Of a stretch of DNA of 64,000 bases, positions 24,920 through 35,436 are shown piece after piece. How positions within the stretch are numbered: the stretch's first letter is position 1; each line of letters begins with the position of its first letter. The DNA is taken from the NCBI RefSeq assembly GCF_036507355.1, contig NZ_AP027877.1; one strand, given 5' to 3'. Origin of the DNA: Escherichia coli (GTDB taxonomy: Bacteria > Pseudomonadota > Gammaproteobacteria > Enterobacterales > Enterobacteriaceae). Below the pieces are notes generated by a model. It was given only the letters and a program-made list of their open reading frames with translations. It was not told the origin of the DNA and did not search any database. Both the position numbers and the translations under genes were made by a program.

Positions 24920-26197
24920 TTACTTGCTGCTAGCTATTGCGGGGGCGCTATCAGCAGTACGAATTTTTTGGAACAGCAAAAAGGTAAAGACGATCACCAT
25001 GCCGAGTGCCGCCATGCCCATCAGCCACATGTTGCGGTAGGCTTCTGCTGCGGGCAGGGTGTCCTGCCAGTGGCCGATAATCGGGTAAACGAAGACATCC
25101 GGCAGGAATCCAATCACCGAACAAATACCTACCGTGGTGCCCATAATGTAAGACGGTGTTCTCGCTTCGCCAGGGCAGGCCCAGTACAGCCCGCGTGAGG
25201 CGTAACAGGTGAATCCCAGCAGTAAAATCAGGCCAATCCCCATCGCGACCGATTGCGGGTTAGAGTTCGTGACGAGCAGGGCAGTTAACGCCAGCAGGCC
25301 GAGTACGGAAAGGATTTGGATCACGCGGGTAGGGGATTTCACTTTGCTGTAGGTGGTGATTATGCCGCCAAGTGGGCCGCACAGCGCGCGGAATATTTTG
25401 TTGATCACAATCCCCATGTAGCTCGCCGCCACCAGCGACATGCCGTACATTTCGGTCAGATAGTTGGTGGAGTAACTCAGAATGGCGTAGATGGTGAAGA
25501 CACCAAAAATCACCATGCTGCAATACCAGGTGGTGCTGATGCGCAAAACGGCCAGGATGTCGCTAAGCTGGAATGACTGTTTTTCTTCGTTATTGGCACT
25601 ACGCAGGTTATTGTTATCGCTAACAAAAAACCAGCACAGAAGCCCCAACAAGATGTAAACCACACTGTAGATGATAATGACCGTTTTCAGGCTGGCGCTG
25701 TCATCCGGTGCAAAGCGAGAAAAGACCCACATGGTAAACACCGCCAGCGACATTACACCGACGCCGCGCAGCCCTTCCATCCAGCCCATAATTTTCCCTT
25801 GCTCGCTATGATCGCCAAGCAACGATGCGGCTTTAATCGACACCGACCACAGCATTAAAATCGTTGTTATCGCAAAGGCGACCTGAATACAGAGCATTAC
25901 CCACAGCGGTGGATACGTTGCCATTAACAGACCCAGTAATCCGGTAATGATCATCGCGGAAGTAATCATTTTGCGGTGTGAAAATTTATCGGCAATAACG
26001 CCGCTGGGGGCATAAAGAATAATAGCCGCAATACCAAAGGTACTCATTATTAAACCTATCTCGGTATTGCTGAATCCCATAAATTTCGCCATGGGAATTT
26101 GATAAATATAACGTAAATAAGCCAGGTCGAAACTAACGCCGCCGCTAAAACTAATTATCGCGAGGGTTATCCAACGGCGATATGAGTTGTGTTGCAT
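24920..26197 (-). CDS. yqcE: MFS transporter YqcE
   Basis: 425-aa multi-TM ORF. Confidence 0.85.
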   Translation of the reverse strand: MQHNSYRRWITLAIISFSGGVSFDLAYLRYIYQIPMAKFMGFSNTEIGLIMSTFGIAAIILYAPSGVIADKFSHRKMITSAMIITGLLGLLMATYPPLWVMLCIQVAFAITTILMLWSVSIKAASLLGDHSEQGKIMGWMEGLRGVGVMSLAVFTMWVFSRFAPDDSASLKTVIIIYSVVYILLGLLCWFFVSDNNNLRSANNEEKQSFQLSDILAVLRISTTWYCSMVIFGVFTIYAILSYSTNYLTEMYGMSLVAASYMGIVINKIFRALCGPLGGIITTYSKVKSPTRVIQILSVLGLLALTALLVTNSNPQSVAMGIGLILLLGFTCYASRGLYWACPGEARTPSYIMGTTVGICSVIGFLPDVFVYPIIGHWQDTLPAAEAYRNMWLMGMAALGMVIVFTFLLFQKIRTADSAPAIASSK

Positions 26198-26440
26198 ATC
26201 GTATTCCCATTTGTAATAGACAAAAAAAAGAGAAAAGTAAGCCGCCCTTTCAGGTGGATTACTTTTCTCAGGTCTCTAGTAATTGAAATAATAAATAACA
26301 TGGAAAGCAGAGGTGTTGTGTGAGAGTAATCACGCTTCTGCTTTTTAAAACTATTTGATAATGCGAATATCACACTGTGATTACGATCACATTAGCAGTT
26401 ATGTCCTTATGCTAAAAATTATCTCCAGTTACCAGAGATA

Positions 26441-27571
26441 ATGAGAAAGGTAACTGAGAATATGCAGGCGACGGCGCAATGTGGCGTTCCGCTGGAGGTG
26501 CTGGAAAACGCGTTGCGTGAAAAAGGTTACACCACGGGGCATTCTCCGCAGTCAAAGCCGCTGGCGCAGATGGGCGGCCTGGTAGCAACCCGCAGTATCG
26601 GGCAGTTCTCCACACTCTACGGCGCAATCGAAGATATGGTCGTTGGTCTGGAAGCAGTATTGGCTGATGGCACCGTGACACGTATTAAAAACGTGCCACG
26701 CCGCGCGGCTGGCCCGGACATTCGTCACATCATCATCGGCAACGAAGGTGCATTGTGCTATATCACTGAAGTAACAGTGAAAATCTTTAAATTCACCCCG
26801 GAAAACAACCTCTTCTACGGCTATATCCTGGAAGACATGAAAACCGGCTTCAACATCCTGCGTGAAATCATGGTGGAAGGGTATCGTCCGTCGATCGCTC
26901 GTTTGTATGACGCTGAAGATGGCACCCAACACTTCACGCATTTTGCCGACGGAAAATGCGTGCTGATCTTTATGGCTGAAGGTAACCCTCGCATTGCGAA
27001 GGCGACGGGCGAAGGGATTGCGGAAATCGTTGCCCGCTACCCGCAATGCCAACGCGTGGACAGCAAGCTGATCGAAACCTGGTTTAACAACCTGAACTGG
27101 GGACCGGATAAAGTGGCTGCCGAACGTGTGCAGATCCTCAAAACCGGCAACATGGGCTTTACTACCGAAGTGTCCGGCTGCTGGAGCTGCATCCACGAAA
27201 TCTACGAAAGCGTTATTAACCGTATTCGTACCGAGTTCCCGCACGCCGACGACATCACTATGCTGGGCGGTCACTCCTCTCATAGCTATCAGAACGGCAC
27301 CAACATGTACTTCGTCTACGACTACAACGTTGTCAACTGTAAGCCGGAAGAGGAAATCGACAAGTACCACAATCCGCTCAACAAAATCATTTGCGAAGAA
27401 ACCATTCGCCTCGGTGGTTCGATGGTGCACCACCACGGTATCGGTAAACATCGCGTTCACTGGAGCAAGCTGGAACACGGCAGCGCGTGGGCGTTGCTGG
27501 AAGGGCTGAAAAAGCAATTCGATCCTAACGGCATTATGAATACGGGTACTATCTATCCGATTGAAAAATAA
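26441..27571 (+). CDS. ygcU: FAD-linked oxidase YgcU homolog, apparently lacking about 100 N-terminal residues of the FAD-binding domain
   Basis: 376-aa ORF begins inside the PCMH-type FAD-binding region; the preceding in-frame sequence is closed by stops. Confidence 0.6.
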   Translation: MRKVTENMQATAQCGVPLEVLENALREKGYTTGHSPQSKPLAQMGGLVATRSIGQFSTLYGAIEDMVVGLEAVLADGTVTRIKNVPRRAAGPDIRHIIIGNEGALCYITEVTVKIFKFTPENNLFYGYILEDMKTGFNILREIMVEGYRPSIARLYDAEDGTQHFTHFADGKCVLIFMAEGNPRIAKATGEGIAEIVARYPQCQRVDSKLIETWFNNLNWGPDKVAAERVQILKTGNMGFTTEVSGCWSCIHEIYESVINRIRTEFPHADDITMLGGHSSHSYQNGTNMYFVYDYNVVNCKPEEEIDKYHNPLNKIICEETIRLGGSMVHHHGIGKHRVHWSKLEHGSAWALLEGLKKQFDPNGIMNTGTIYPIEK

Positions 27572-27664
27572 TGTGTCAGGCAGCGTTCCGCGATGATGGG
27601 GCGTTGCCTTTTCGGCTTCTCAGGCGAGAAGCCGTTCTTATTACCGGACAATGAAGGGGTAAAG

Positions 27665-29002
27665 ATGAACACTTCACCGGTGCGAATGGATGATTTACCA
27701 CTTAACCGTTTTCACTGTCGAATTGCTGCGCTCACTTTCGGCGCACACCTGACCGACGGTTATGTTCTCGGCGTCATTGGTTACGCCATTATTCAACTTA
27801 CGCCCGCCATGCAACTGACGCCGTTTATGGCGGGAATGATCGGCGGCTCGGCGCTCCTTGGTTTGTTTCTTGGCAGCCTGGTTCTTGGGTGGATCTCCGA
27901 CCATATTGGTCGGCAAAAAATCTTCACCTTCAGCTTTTTGCTGATTACGCTCGCTTCGTTCCTGCAATTTTTTGCCACCACGCCAGAGCATCTTATTGGA
28001 CTGCGCATTTTGATCGGCATTGGTCTGGGAGGCGATTACTCAGTAGGTCACACCTTGCTGGCTGAATTTTCCCCGCGCCGCCATCGCGGTGTTTTGCTGG
28101 GCGCATTCAGCGTGGTGTGGACCGTAGGCTATGTGCTGGCAAGTATTGCCGGACATCACTTTATTTCCGAAAACCCGGAGGCCTGGCGCTGGCTGCTGGC
28201 ATCGGCAGCTCTGCCCGCGTTGTTGATTACGTTATTACGCTGGGGAACGCCAGAATCGCCACGCTGGCTACTGCGCCAGGGGCGTTTTGCAGAAGCTCAC
28301 GCTATCGTGCATCGCTATTTTGGTCCCCATGTTTTACTGGGCGATGAAGTGGCAACGGCGACCCATAAACACATCAAAACCTTGTTCTCTTCACGCTACT
28401 GGCGGCGCACGGCGTTTAACAGCGTCTTCTTTGTCTGCCTCGTAATCCCATGGTTTGTGATTTATACCTGGCTGCCAACTATCGCCCAGACTATTGGTCT
28501 GGAAGATGCGCTGACTGCCAGCCTGATGCTTAATGCGTTGTTAATTGTGGGCGCGCTGCTGGGATTAGTTCTGACGCACCTGCTGGCACATCGCAAATTT
28601 TTGCTGGGAAGTTTTTTGCTGCTGGCGGCAACGCTGGTAGTAATGGCCTGTTTGCCTTCCGGCAGTTCATTAACGCTGCTGCTTTTTGTTCTCTTCAGCA
28701 CCACCATTTCGGCAGTCAGTAATCTGGTGGGCATTTTGCCTGCGGAAAGTTTTCCTACTGACATTCGCTCGCTGGGCGTCGGTTTTGCCATCGCCATGAG
28801 TCGGTTGGGGGCGGCGGTAAGTACTGGCCTGCTGCCGTGGGTGCTGGCGCAGTGGGGAATGCAAGTCACCTTATTGCTCCTGGCGGCAGTGTTGTTGGTT
28901 GGTTTTGTTGTAACCTGGCTATGGGCACCAGAAACCAAAGCACTCCCGCTGGTGGCGGCGGGAAATGTAGGAGGTGCGAATGAACATTCTGTTAGCGTTT
29001 AA
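27665..29002 (+). CDS. ygcS: MFS sugar transporter YgcS
   Basis: Start placed at MNTSPVRM inside the 469-aa track ORF. Confidence 0.8.
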   Translation: MNTSPVRMDDLPLNRFHCRIAALTFGAHLTDGYVLGVIGYAIIQLTPAMQLTPFMAGMIGGSALLGLFLGSLVLGWISDHIGRQKIFTFSFLLITLASFLQFFATTPEHLIGLRILIGIGLGGDYSVGHTLLAEFSPRRHRGVLLGAFSVVWTVGYVLASIAGHHFISENPEAWRWLLASAALPALLITLLRWGTPESPRWLLRQGRFAEAHAIVHRYFGPHVLLGDEVATATHKHIKTLFSSRYWRRTAFNSVFFVCLVIPWFVIYTWLPTIAQTIGLEDALTASLMLNALLIVGALLGLVLTHLLAHRKFLLGSFLLLAATLVVMACLPSGSSLTLLLFVLFSTTISAVSNLVGILPAESFPTDIRSLGVGFAIAMSRLGAAVSTGLLPWVLAQWGMQVTLLLLAAVLLVGFVVTWLWAPETKALPLVAAGNVGGANEHSVSV

Positions 29003-29759
29003 AGCCGAACCGGATGCCGGAATGCTGGCGGAAAAAGAGTGGCAGGCGGCGGCTCAGGGTAATAGCGGACCGGATATTTCGCTACTGCGAAGTTTACTCG
29101 GTGCTGATGAACAGGCTGCCGCCGCGCTGCTGTTGGCGCAGAGAAAAAACGGTACGTCGATGTCTTTAACCGCGTTGAGCATGGGGGATGAACGGGCGTT
29201 GCACTGGCTGCGCTATCTCATGGCTCTTGGGTTTGAGGAAGCTGTATTGCTGGAGACGGCGGCAGATCTGCGCTTTGCGCCGGAATTTGTCGCTCGCCAT
29301 ATTGCCGAATGGCAGCGTCAGAATCCGCTGGATCTGATAATTACCGGCTGCCAAAGCAGCGAAGGGCAGAATGGGCAAACGCCATTTTTGCTGGCGGAAA
29401 TGCTGGGCTGGCCTTGCTTCACCCAGGTGGAGCGTTTCACTCTCGACGCGCCGTTTATCACCCTCGAACAGCGTACTGAACATGGGCTGCGCTGTTGCCG
29501 GGTTCGCTTGCCTGCGGTGATTGCCGTGCGTCAGTGTGGTGAAGTGGCCTTGCCAGTACCGGGAATGCGCCAGCGAATGGCTGCGGGGAAAGCAGCAATT
29601 ATCCGTAAAACTGTTGCTGTCGAATTGCCAGCGATGCAGTGTCTGCAACTGGCAAGAGCAGAGCAACGACGCGGAGCGACGTTGATTGATGGGCAAACGG
29701 TAGCAGAAAAAGCGCAAAAGCTATGGCAGGACTATTTACGCCAAAGGATGCAGCCATGA
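28974..29759 (+). CDS. ygcR: Electron-transfer-flavoprotein beta-subunit-like protein YgcR (start possibly 28980)
   Basis: 261-aa ORF. Confidence 0.8.
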   Translation: MRMNILLAFKAEPDAGMLAEKEWQAAAQGNSGPDISLLRSLLGADEQAAAALLLAQRKNGTSMSLTALSMGDERALHWLRYLMALGFEEAVLLETAADLRFAPEFVARHIAEWQRQNPLDLIITGCQSSEGQNGQTPFLLAEMLGWPCFTQVERFTLDAPFITLEQRTEHGLRCCRVRLPAVIAVRQCGEVALPVPGMRQRMAAGKAAIIRKTVAVELPAMQCLQLARAEQRRGATLIDGQTVAEKAQKLWQDYLRQRMQP

Positions 29760-30616
29760 ATATCGCAATTGTGACAATAAATCAGGAGAATGCCGCATTA
29801 GCGGGCTGGCTGGCGGCGCAGGATGTCAGCGGTTGTACCCTGGCGCACTGGCAAATAGAACCACAGCCCGTAGTGGTGGAACAGGTGCTGGATGCGCTGG
29901 TGGAACAGTGGCAGCGAACGCCTGCGAACGTTGTTCTCTTTCCGCCGGGAACGTTTGGCGATGAACTGTCGACCCGGCTGGCCTGGCGTTTACATGGTGC
30001 AAGCATCTGCCAGGTGACTTCGTTAGAGATTCCAATCGTAAGCGTGCGCAAATCCCACTGGGGAAATGCGCTAACGGCGACGCTGCAAACAGAAAAACGC
30101 CCGCTATGTCTTTCCCTGGCGCGCCAGGCGGGAGCAGATAAAAATGCCACGTTGCCCTCTGGTATGCAGCAACTGAACATAGTCCCAGGTGCGCTTCCGG
30201 ACTGGCTGGTTAGCATAGAGAACCTGAAAAATGTTACTCGCGACCCATTAGCTGAGGCCAGACGGGTGCTGGTGGTGGGGCAGGGCGGAGAGGCAGATAA
30301 CCAGGAAATTGCTATGCTGGCAGAAAAGCTGGGAGCCGAAGTAGGCTACAGTCGGGCACGAGTGATGAACGGTGGCGTTGATGCCGAAAAAGTGATTGGT
30401 ATTTCCGGACATCTGCTGGCACCTGAGGTGTGTATTGTTGTTGGCGCATCCGGTGCGGCAGCGTTAATGGCGGGCGTAAGCAATAGCAAGTTTGTGGTGG
30501 CGATTAATCATGACGCCAGCGCAGCGGTATTTTCACAGGCAGATGTTGGCGTGGTTGATGACTGGAAAGTGGTGCTGGAGGCACTGGTGACAACCATTCA
30601 CGCAGAATGCCAATAA
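29756..30616 (+). CDS. ygcQ: Electron-transfer-flavoprotein alpha-subunit-like protein YgcQ
   Basis: Start placed at MNIAIVT inside the 297-aa track ORF. Confidence 0.8.
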   Translation: MNIAIVTINQENAALAGWLAAQDVSGCTLAHWQIEPQPVVVEQVLDALVEQWQRTPANVVLFPPGTFGDELSTRLAWRLHGASICQVTSLEIPIVSVRKSHWGNALTATLQTEKRPLCLSLARQAGADKNATLPSGMQQLNIVPGALPDWLVSIENLKNVTRDPLAEARRVLVVGQGGEADNQEIAMLAEKLGAEVGYSRARVMNGGVDAEKVIGISGHLLAPEVCIVVGASGAAALMAGVSNSKFVVAINHDASAAVFSQADVGVVDDWKVVLEALVTTIHAECQ

Positions 30617-30620
30617 CGTG

Positions 30621-30728
30621 CTGCCGGATGATCCTGCCTACGGTTCTGGCCTGGGGACTTGTAGGCCTGATAAGACGCGTCAAGCGTCGCATCAGGCGCT
30701 GAATGTCGGATGTGGCGTGCGGCCTACA
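30621..30728. repeat. REP/BIME palindromic elements
   Basis: gtaggcctgataagacgcgtcaagcgtcgcatcaggc and related copies. Confidence 0.7.
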
Positions 30729-30763
30729 AATCAAACCAAATTCAATTGGTTACGATTATCCCG

Positions 30764-31339
30764 TCAAAGCAATTTTTTCGCTAATGTCCAGACTCCGGTA
30801 TTCGTGGTGGAAAGCGCCACGACACCCGCGTTAATCGCATTACGCGCATCTTCTTCATCGCATACCAGCCCGCCAGCAATCAGCGGTTGGCGGATTTTTT
30901 CCGTCACCCAGCCCAGCACTTTGGGCATGCAGCCTGGCAGGATCTCAATACAATCCGGATTCGATTGCGCAACTTGCTTATCAATGTTGTGAAACGAAAT
31001 CGAATCAACAATAAACAGGCGATGAATACAGAAAAAACCTTCCGCTCTTGCCGCTTTTAGCATCGATGCTTTGGTGCTGATAATTCCATCCGCCTCGGTC
31101 ACCAGTTTCAAAAACTGAATCACGACTTCTTTATTTGACGCGCCTTCCAGCAAATCGACATGAATAAAAGCATATTTCCCGGCGTTCTTAATCTTTTTAA
31201 CGATTTGACTAATGGTGCAGATATTGCCGTACAACACGGAAATAAATTGGCATTCAGAATCGATTGCCAGTTGCAGGCTGGCATTATCTTTAACGGCAGC
31301 AATCACCGGATTCTGGCGGAGCAGGTGTAAGAGGGGCAT
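30764..31339 (-). CDS. ygcP: GlpP-like glycerol-3-phosphate-responsive antiterminator family protein YgcP
   Basis: 191-aa ORF. Confidence 0.8.
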   Translation of the reverse strand: MPLLHLLRQNPVIAAVKDNASLQLAIDSECQFISVLYGNICTISQIVKKIKNAGKYAFIHVDLLEGASNKEVVIQFLKLVTEADGIISTKASMLKAARAEGFFCIHRLFIVDSISFHNIDKQVAQSNPDCIEILPGCMPKVLGWVTEKIRQPLIAGGLVCDEEDARNAINAGVVALSTTNTGVWTLAKKLL

Positions 31340-31355
31340 AAATTATCCTTATTAT

Positions 31356-31616
31356 TTATCCAAAGCGGTAGGTGATGCCGAATCCGGAAGGTGGATAGCG
31401 CCACTGTTGTAGTGTGGATTCGTCGCACAGCAAACGGCAGGTGCCACACTCCAGGCAACTGCGATAGTCAATACGTAAGTCACCTTCTGGTGTGAGCGAA
31501 AAAAGACCTGCCGGACAGGCGTTAATCAACCGTTCTGCCGTCTGGCGCTCAACGGAGTCAGCCGGAACAATGTGCGGCGCATCAGCAACGCGCCAGAGAT
31601 TACGGGCTACAGACAT
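31356..31616 (-). CDS. ygcO: Ferredoxin-like protein YgcO (FixX-like)
   Basis: Start placed at MSVARNLW; Cys cluster CLECGTC. Confidence 0.75.
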   Translation of the reverse strand: MSVARNLWRVADAPHIVPADSVERQTAERLINACPAGLFSLTPEGDLRIDYRSCLECGTCRLLCDESTLQQWRYPPSGFGITYRFG

Positions 31617-32878
31617 CGCAGACTCCTGATAACATCGCCCGCCAGATGCCACAGGCCGTGACGACGTAAATGGCGCCAGAATAACTGGCGCAGCGGTGGA
31701 ACAGGTTTATCACCCTGATCCCATAAATCGCGGGAAATATCCTGCATTAACGCAGGCCACGCCCGATACCAGCCAGGGCGTTGCAAAAGCGCCGGAACAT
31801 GCTGATAACGCTGTAGAACATCCCACAGCAGGCTGCGCTCGACGTTGTGATGATAAAGCGGAAACAGATTTTGCGGCTCACAGTGCTGGCAGGCGCTTAT
31901 CAGCGTTTGTGCCGCCGCCTGTGCGCCAGTCAGCGCCATATCCATGCCGCGCACGGAGATTCCGGTATTGACGCAACTGCGTAACGCATCGCCCACCAGC
32001 AGCCAGCCGTTACCGGCGTATTGTACCGGCATACTGTGCAAGCCACCTTCTGGCACCAGATGCGCACCATACTCCAGTGATTCCGTGTTTTTGATAAGCG
32101 GGCGAACTGCCGGATGCGCTTTAAAGCGAGCCAGCAGCTCGCTTGCCGGAACACGCCTTTGCGTAAGGGAAGAGAGTGGGCAAACAATCCCTAACGAGAG
32201 CGTTTGTTGATTAGTATAAAGAAATGCGCCGCCGGGTAAGTCATCACAGATCCCGCCGCTGAACAGCAACGCTGCGCCTTCGTTATTCTCCAGATGAAAA
32301 CGTTCTTCAATAGCGGATGTTTCCAGCGACAGCACTTCTTTGATCCCCAACGCCATCGCTTCGCCAGCAGGACGAGTCACTAACCCGTGACGTTCAGCCA
32401 GGACGCTGTTGGCACCTTCTGCCAGCACCACATAACGGGCGCGGAGAATATCGTCACCACAAATGACACCACACACCCTGCCGTTTTCTTCATACAGTGC
32501 ATCCACCGTCGCACCAGGGATGCATTCGACACCTTCTTTTTCGGCTTCGGCAACCAGCCACGGATCGAACCGTGCACGTAATACACTCCAGGATTCACCG
32601 CCGGGCTGTAAGCTGGAAAACGTCGTTGCACCATCCGGCGTTAACAGGGAAAGGCTTTCGTGAGTGATGCGTCGTTCAAGAGGCGCGGTCAGATGAAATT
32701 GCGGGAGGAGTTCCGCGAGTGCATGGGTATATAACCGCCCGCCGGAAAGATTTTTGCTGCCGGGGATTTCAGCGCGTTCCAGTAACAAAACGGATAAACC
32801 CGCTCGCGCGCAGCGTAACGCGCAAGCGGTGCCTGCAATACCGGCACCAATAATAATAATGTCGCAGTCGTCTTCCAT
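31607..32878 (-). CDS. ygcN: FAD-dependent oxidoreductase YgcN (FixC-like)
   Basis: Start placed at MEDDCDIIIIGAG (Rossmann GxGxxG). Confidence 0.8.
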   Translation of the reverse strand: MEDDCDIIIIGAGIAGTACALRCARAGLSVLLLERAEIPGSKNLSGGRLYTHALAELLPQFHLTAPLERRITHESLSLLTPDGATTFSSLQPGGESWSVLRARFDPWLVAEAEKEGVECIPGATVDALYEENGRVCGVICGDDILRARYVVLAEGANSVLAERHGLVTRPAGEAMALGIKEVLSLETSAIEERFHLENNEGAALLFSGGICDDLPGGAFLYTNQQTLSLGIVCPLSSLTQRRVPASELLARFKAHPAVRPLIKNTESLEYGAHLVPEGGLHSMPVQYAGNGWLLVGDALRSCVNTGISVRGMDMALTGAQAAAQTLISACQHCEPQNLFPLYHHNVERSLLWDVLQRYQHVPALLQRPGWYRAWPALMQDISRDLWDQGDKPVPPLRQLFWRHLRRHGLWHLAGDVIRSLRCL

Positions 32879-32955
32879 GTCATGCCCCAGATATCCAGAA
32901 CACAACACCCTAACATAGCGTTACTTAAGGGAAATTGACCGCCGACACACTCTTA

Positions 32956-33321
32956 TCATTCGCCGCGATAGATACAACCAGCGGTGCAGGTTTCTTTTAC
33001 CATCACCGCACTTAACAGCGGCACAACGGGTTTAACCTGATCCCAAATCCATTTTGCTAAAACTTCGCTGGTCGGGTTTTCCAGGCCTGGAATATCATTG
33101 AGATAATGGTGATCGAGGCGCTCATAAGTTGGCTTAAACGCTGCTTTCAGTTCAGCGAAATCGATAATCCAGCCCGTATGCGGATCGACTTCCCCGGTAA
33201 TTTCCAGTCGCACCATAAAGGAATGCCCGTGCAGGCGACCACATTTATGCCCTTCCGGGACGTGTGGTAAGCGGTGAGCGGCTTCGAAGGTGAAATCTTT
33301 AAATAACGTGGTGGACATCAT
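32956..33321 (-). CDS. queD: 6-carboxy-5,6,7,8-tetrahydropterin synthase QueD
   Basis: 121-aa product starting [20 protein letters not shown] inside the longer track ORF. Confidence 0.85.
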   Translation of the reverse strand: MMSTTLFKDFTFEAAHRLPHVPEGHKCGRLHGHSFMVRLEITGEVDPHTGWIIDFAELKAAFKPTYERLDHHYLNDIPGLENPTSEVLAKWIWDQVKPVVPLLSAVMVKETCTAGCIYRGE

Positions 33322-33636
33322 AATTTCTCTACAGGACGATAAAACCGCCGTAGAGTACCGGAAAGGCTGTTTTTTCGCATTATCTAAAACGACTTTGTTG
33401 CGCAAAATCGCTGATTTATCTTAATGATTGGCTAAATTCATTTGTTTTTCATTAGGTTGGTTAATCTATTTTGTTGTTAAAGACTATTGCTAAAACAGGT
33501 TAGTCGATTTGGTTATTAGTTATCGCTATCCCGTCTTTAATCCACACCGTTCACCCCGTTAACCTTACCTTCTCTTCTGTTTTATGGGCGCTGACAGGGC
33601 GCAGAAACAGCTTTGCTTACTGGAACATAACGACGC

Positions 33637-35436
33637 ATGACGACACAGGTCCCACCTTCCGCGTTGCTTCCGTTGAACCCGGAGCAACTGGCACGCCTTC
33701 AGGCGGCCACGACCGATTTAACTCCCACCCAGCTTGCCTGGGTTTCTGGCTATTTCTGGGGCGTGCTCAATCAGCAGCCTGCTGCGCTTGCAGCGACGCC
33801 AGCGCCAGCCGCAGAAATGCCGGGTATAACTATTATCTCTGCTTCGCAAACCGGCAATGCGCGCCGGGTTGCTGAAGCATTACGCGATGATTTATTGACG
33901 GCAAAACTGAACGTTAAGCTGGTGAACGCGGGCGACTATAAATTCAAACAAATCGCCAGCGAAAAACTGCTTATCGTGGTGACGTCAACGCAAGGAGAAG
34001 GGGAACCGCCGGAAGAAGCCGTCGCGCTGCATAAGTTCCTGTTCTCCAAAAAAGCGCCGAAGCTGGAAAACACCGCGTTTGCCGTGTTTAGCCTCGGCGA
34101 TAGTTCTTATGAATTTTTCTGCCAGTCCGGGAAAGATTTTGACAGCAAGCTGGCGGAACTGGGCGGTGAACGCCTGCTCGACCGTGTCGATGCCGACGTT
34201 GAATACCAGACCGCTGCCAGCGAGTGGCGCGCCCGCGTGGTTGATGCGCTTAAATCGCGTGCGCCTGTCGCGGCACCTTCGCAATCCGTCGCTACTGGCG
34301 CGGTAAATGAAATCCACACCAGCCCGTACAGCAAAGACGCGCCGCTGGTGGCTAGCCTCTCTGTTAACCAGAAAATTACCGGGCGTAACTCTGAAAAAGA
34401 CGTTCGCCATATCGAAATTGACTTAGGTGACTCTGGCCTGCGCTATCTGCCGGGCGACGCGCTGGGCGTGTGGTATCAGAACGATCCGGCACTGGTGAAA
34501 GAACTTGTCGAACTGCTGTGGCTGAAAGGTGATGAAACTGTCACCGTTGACGGCAAAACGCTGACCCTGAGCGAAGCGCTACAGTGGCACTTCGAACTGA
34601 CGGTTAACACCACCAATATTGTTGAGAACTATGCCACGCTTACCCGCAGTGAAACGCTGCTGCCGCTGGTGGGCGATAAAGCGAAGTTGCAGCATTACGC
34701 CGCGACCACGCCGATTGTCGATATGGTGCGTTTCTCTCCGGCACAGCTTGATGCTGACGCGCTGATTAACCTGCTGCGCCCGCTGACGCCGCGCCTCTAT
34801 TCCATCGCCTCATCGCAGGCTGAAGTGGAAAGTGAAGTGCACGTCACCGTTGGTGTCGTTCGTTATGACATTGAAGGCCGCGCCCGTGCGGGTGGTGCCT
34901 CCAGCTTCCTCGCGGACCGCGTGGAAGAAGAGGGTGAAGTCCGCGTCTTTATCGAACATAACGACAACTTCCGCCTGCCCGCTAACCCGGAAACCCCGGT
35001 GATTATGATTGGCCCAGGCACCGGCATCGCGCCGTTCCGCGCCTTTATGCAGCAACGCGCCGCCGACGAAGCGCCGGGCAAAAACTGGCTGTTCTTTGGC
35101 AACCCGCACTTTACGGAAGATTTCCTCTACCAGGTGGAATGGCAGCGTTACGTCAAAGAGGGCGTGCTGACACGTATCGATCTCGCCTGGTCGCGCGATC
35201 AAAAAGAAAAAGTTTACGTACAAGACAAACTGCGCGAACAGGGCGCGGAGCTGTGGCGCTGGATCAATGACGGTGCCCACATTTATGTCTGCGGCGACGC
35301 TAATCGCATGGCGAAAGACGTTGAGCAGGCACTTCTGGAAGTGATTGCCGAATTTGGTGGCATGGACACCGAAGCGGCGGATGAATTTTTAAGTGAGCTG
35401 CGCGTAGAGCGCCGTTATCAGCGAGATGTCTACTAA
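33637..35436 (+). CDS. cysJ: Sulfite reductase (NADPH) flavoprotein alpha subunit
   Basis: 599-aa ORF; TAATG overlap with cysI. Confidence 0.95.
   Translation: MTTQVPPSALLPLNPEQLARLQAATTDLTPTQLAWVSGYFWGVLNQQPAALAATPAPAAEMPGITIISASQTGNARRVAEALRDDLLTAKLNVKLVNAGDYKFKQIASEKLLIVVTSTQGEGEPPEEAVALHKFLFSKKAPKLENTAFAVFSLGDSSYEFFCQSGKDFDSKLAELGGERLLDRVDADVEYQTAASEWRARVVDALKSRAPVAAPSQSVATGAVNEIHTSPYSKDAPLVASLSVNQKITGRNSEKDVRHIEIDLGDSGLRYLPGDALGVWYQNDPALVKELVELLWLKGDETVTVDGKTLTLSEALQWHFELTVNTTNIVENYATLTRSETLLPLVGDKAKLQHYAATTPIVDMVRFSPAQLDADALINLLRPLTPRLYSIASSQAEVESEVHVTVGVVRYDIEGRARAGGASSFLADRVEEEGEVRVFIEHNDNFRLPANPETPVIMIGPGTGIAPFRAFMQQRAADEAPGKNWLFFGNPHFTEDFLYQVEWQRYVKEGVLTRIDLAWSRDQKEKVYVQDKLREQGAELWRWINDGAHIYVCGDANRMAKDVEQALLEVIAEFGGMDTEAADEFLSELRVERRYQRDVY

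Noticed and set aside
26552-27517. 321-aa minus-strand ORF antisense to ygcU
   Set aside because: Shadow ORF within a GC-rich coding region.
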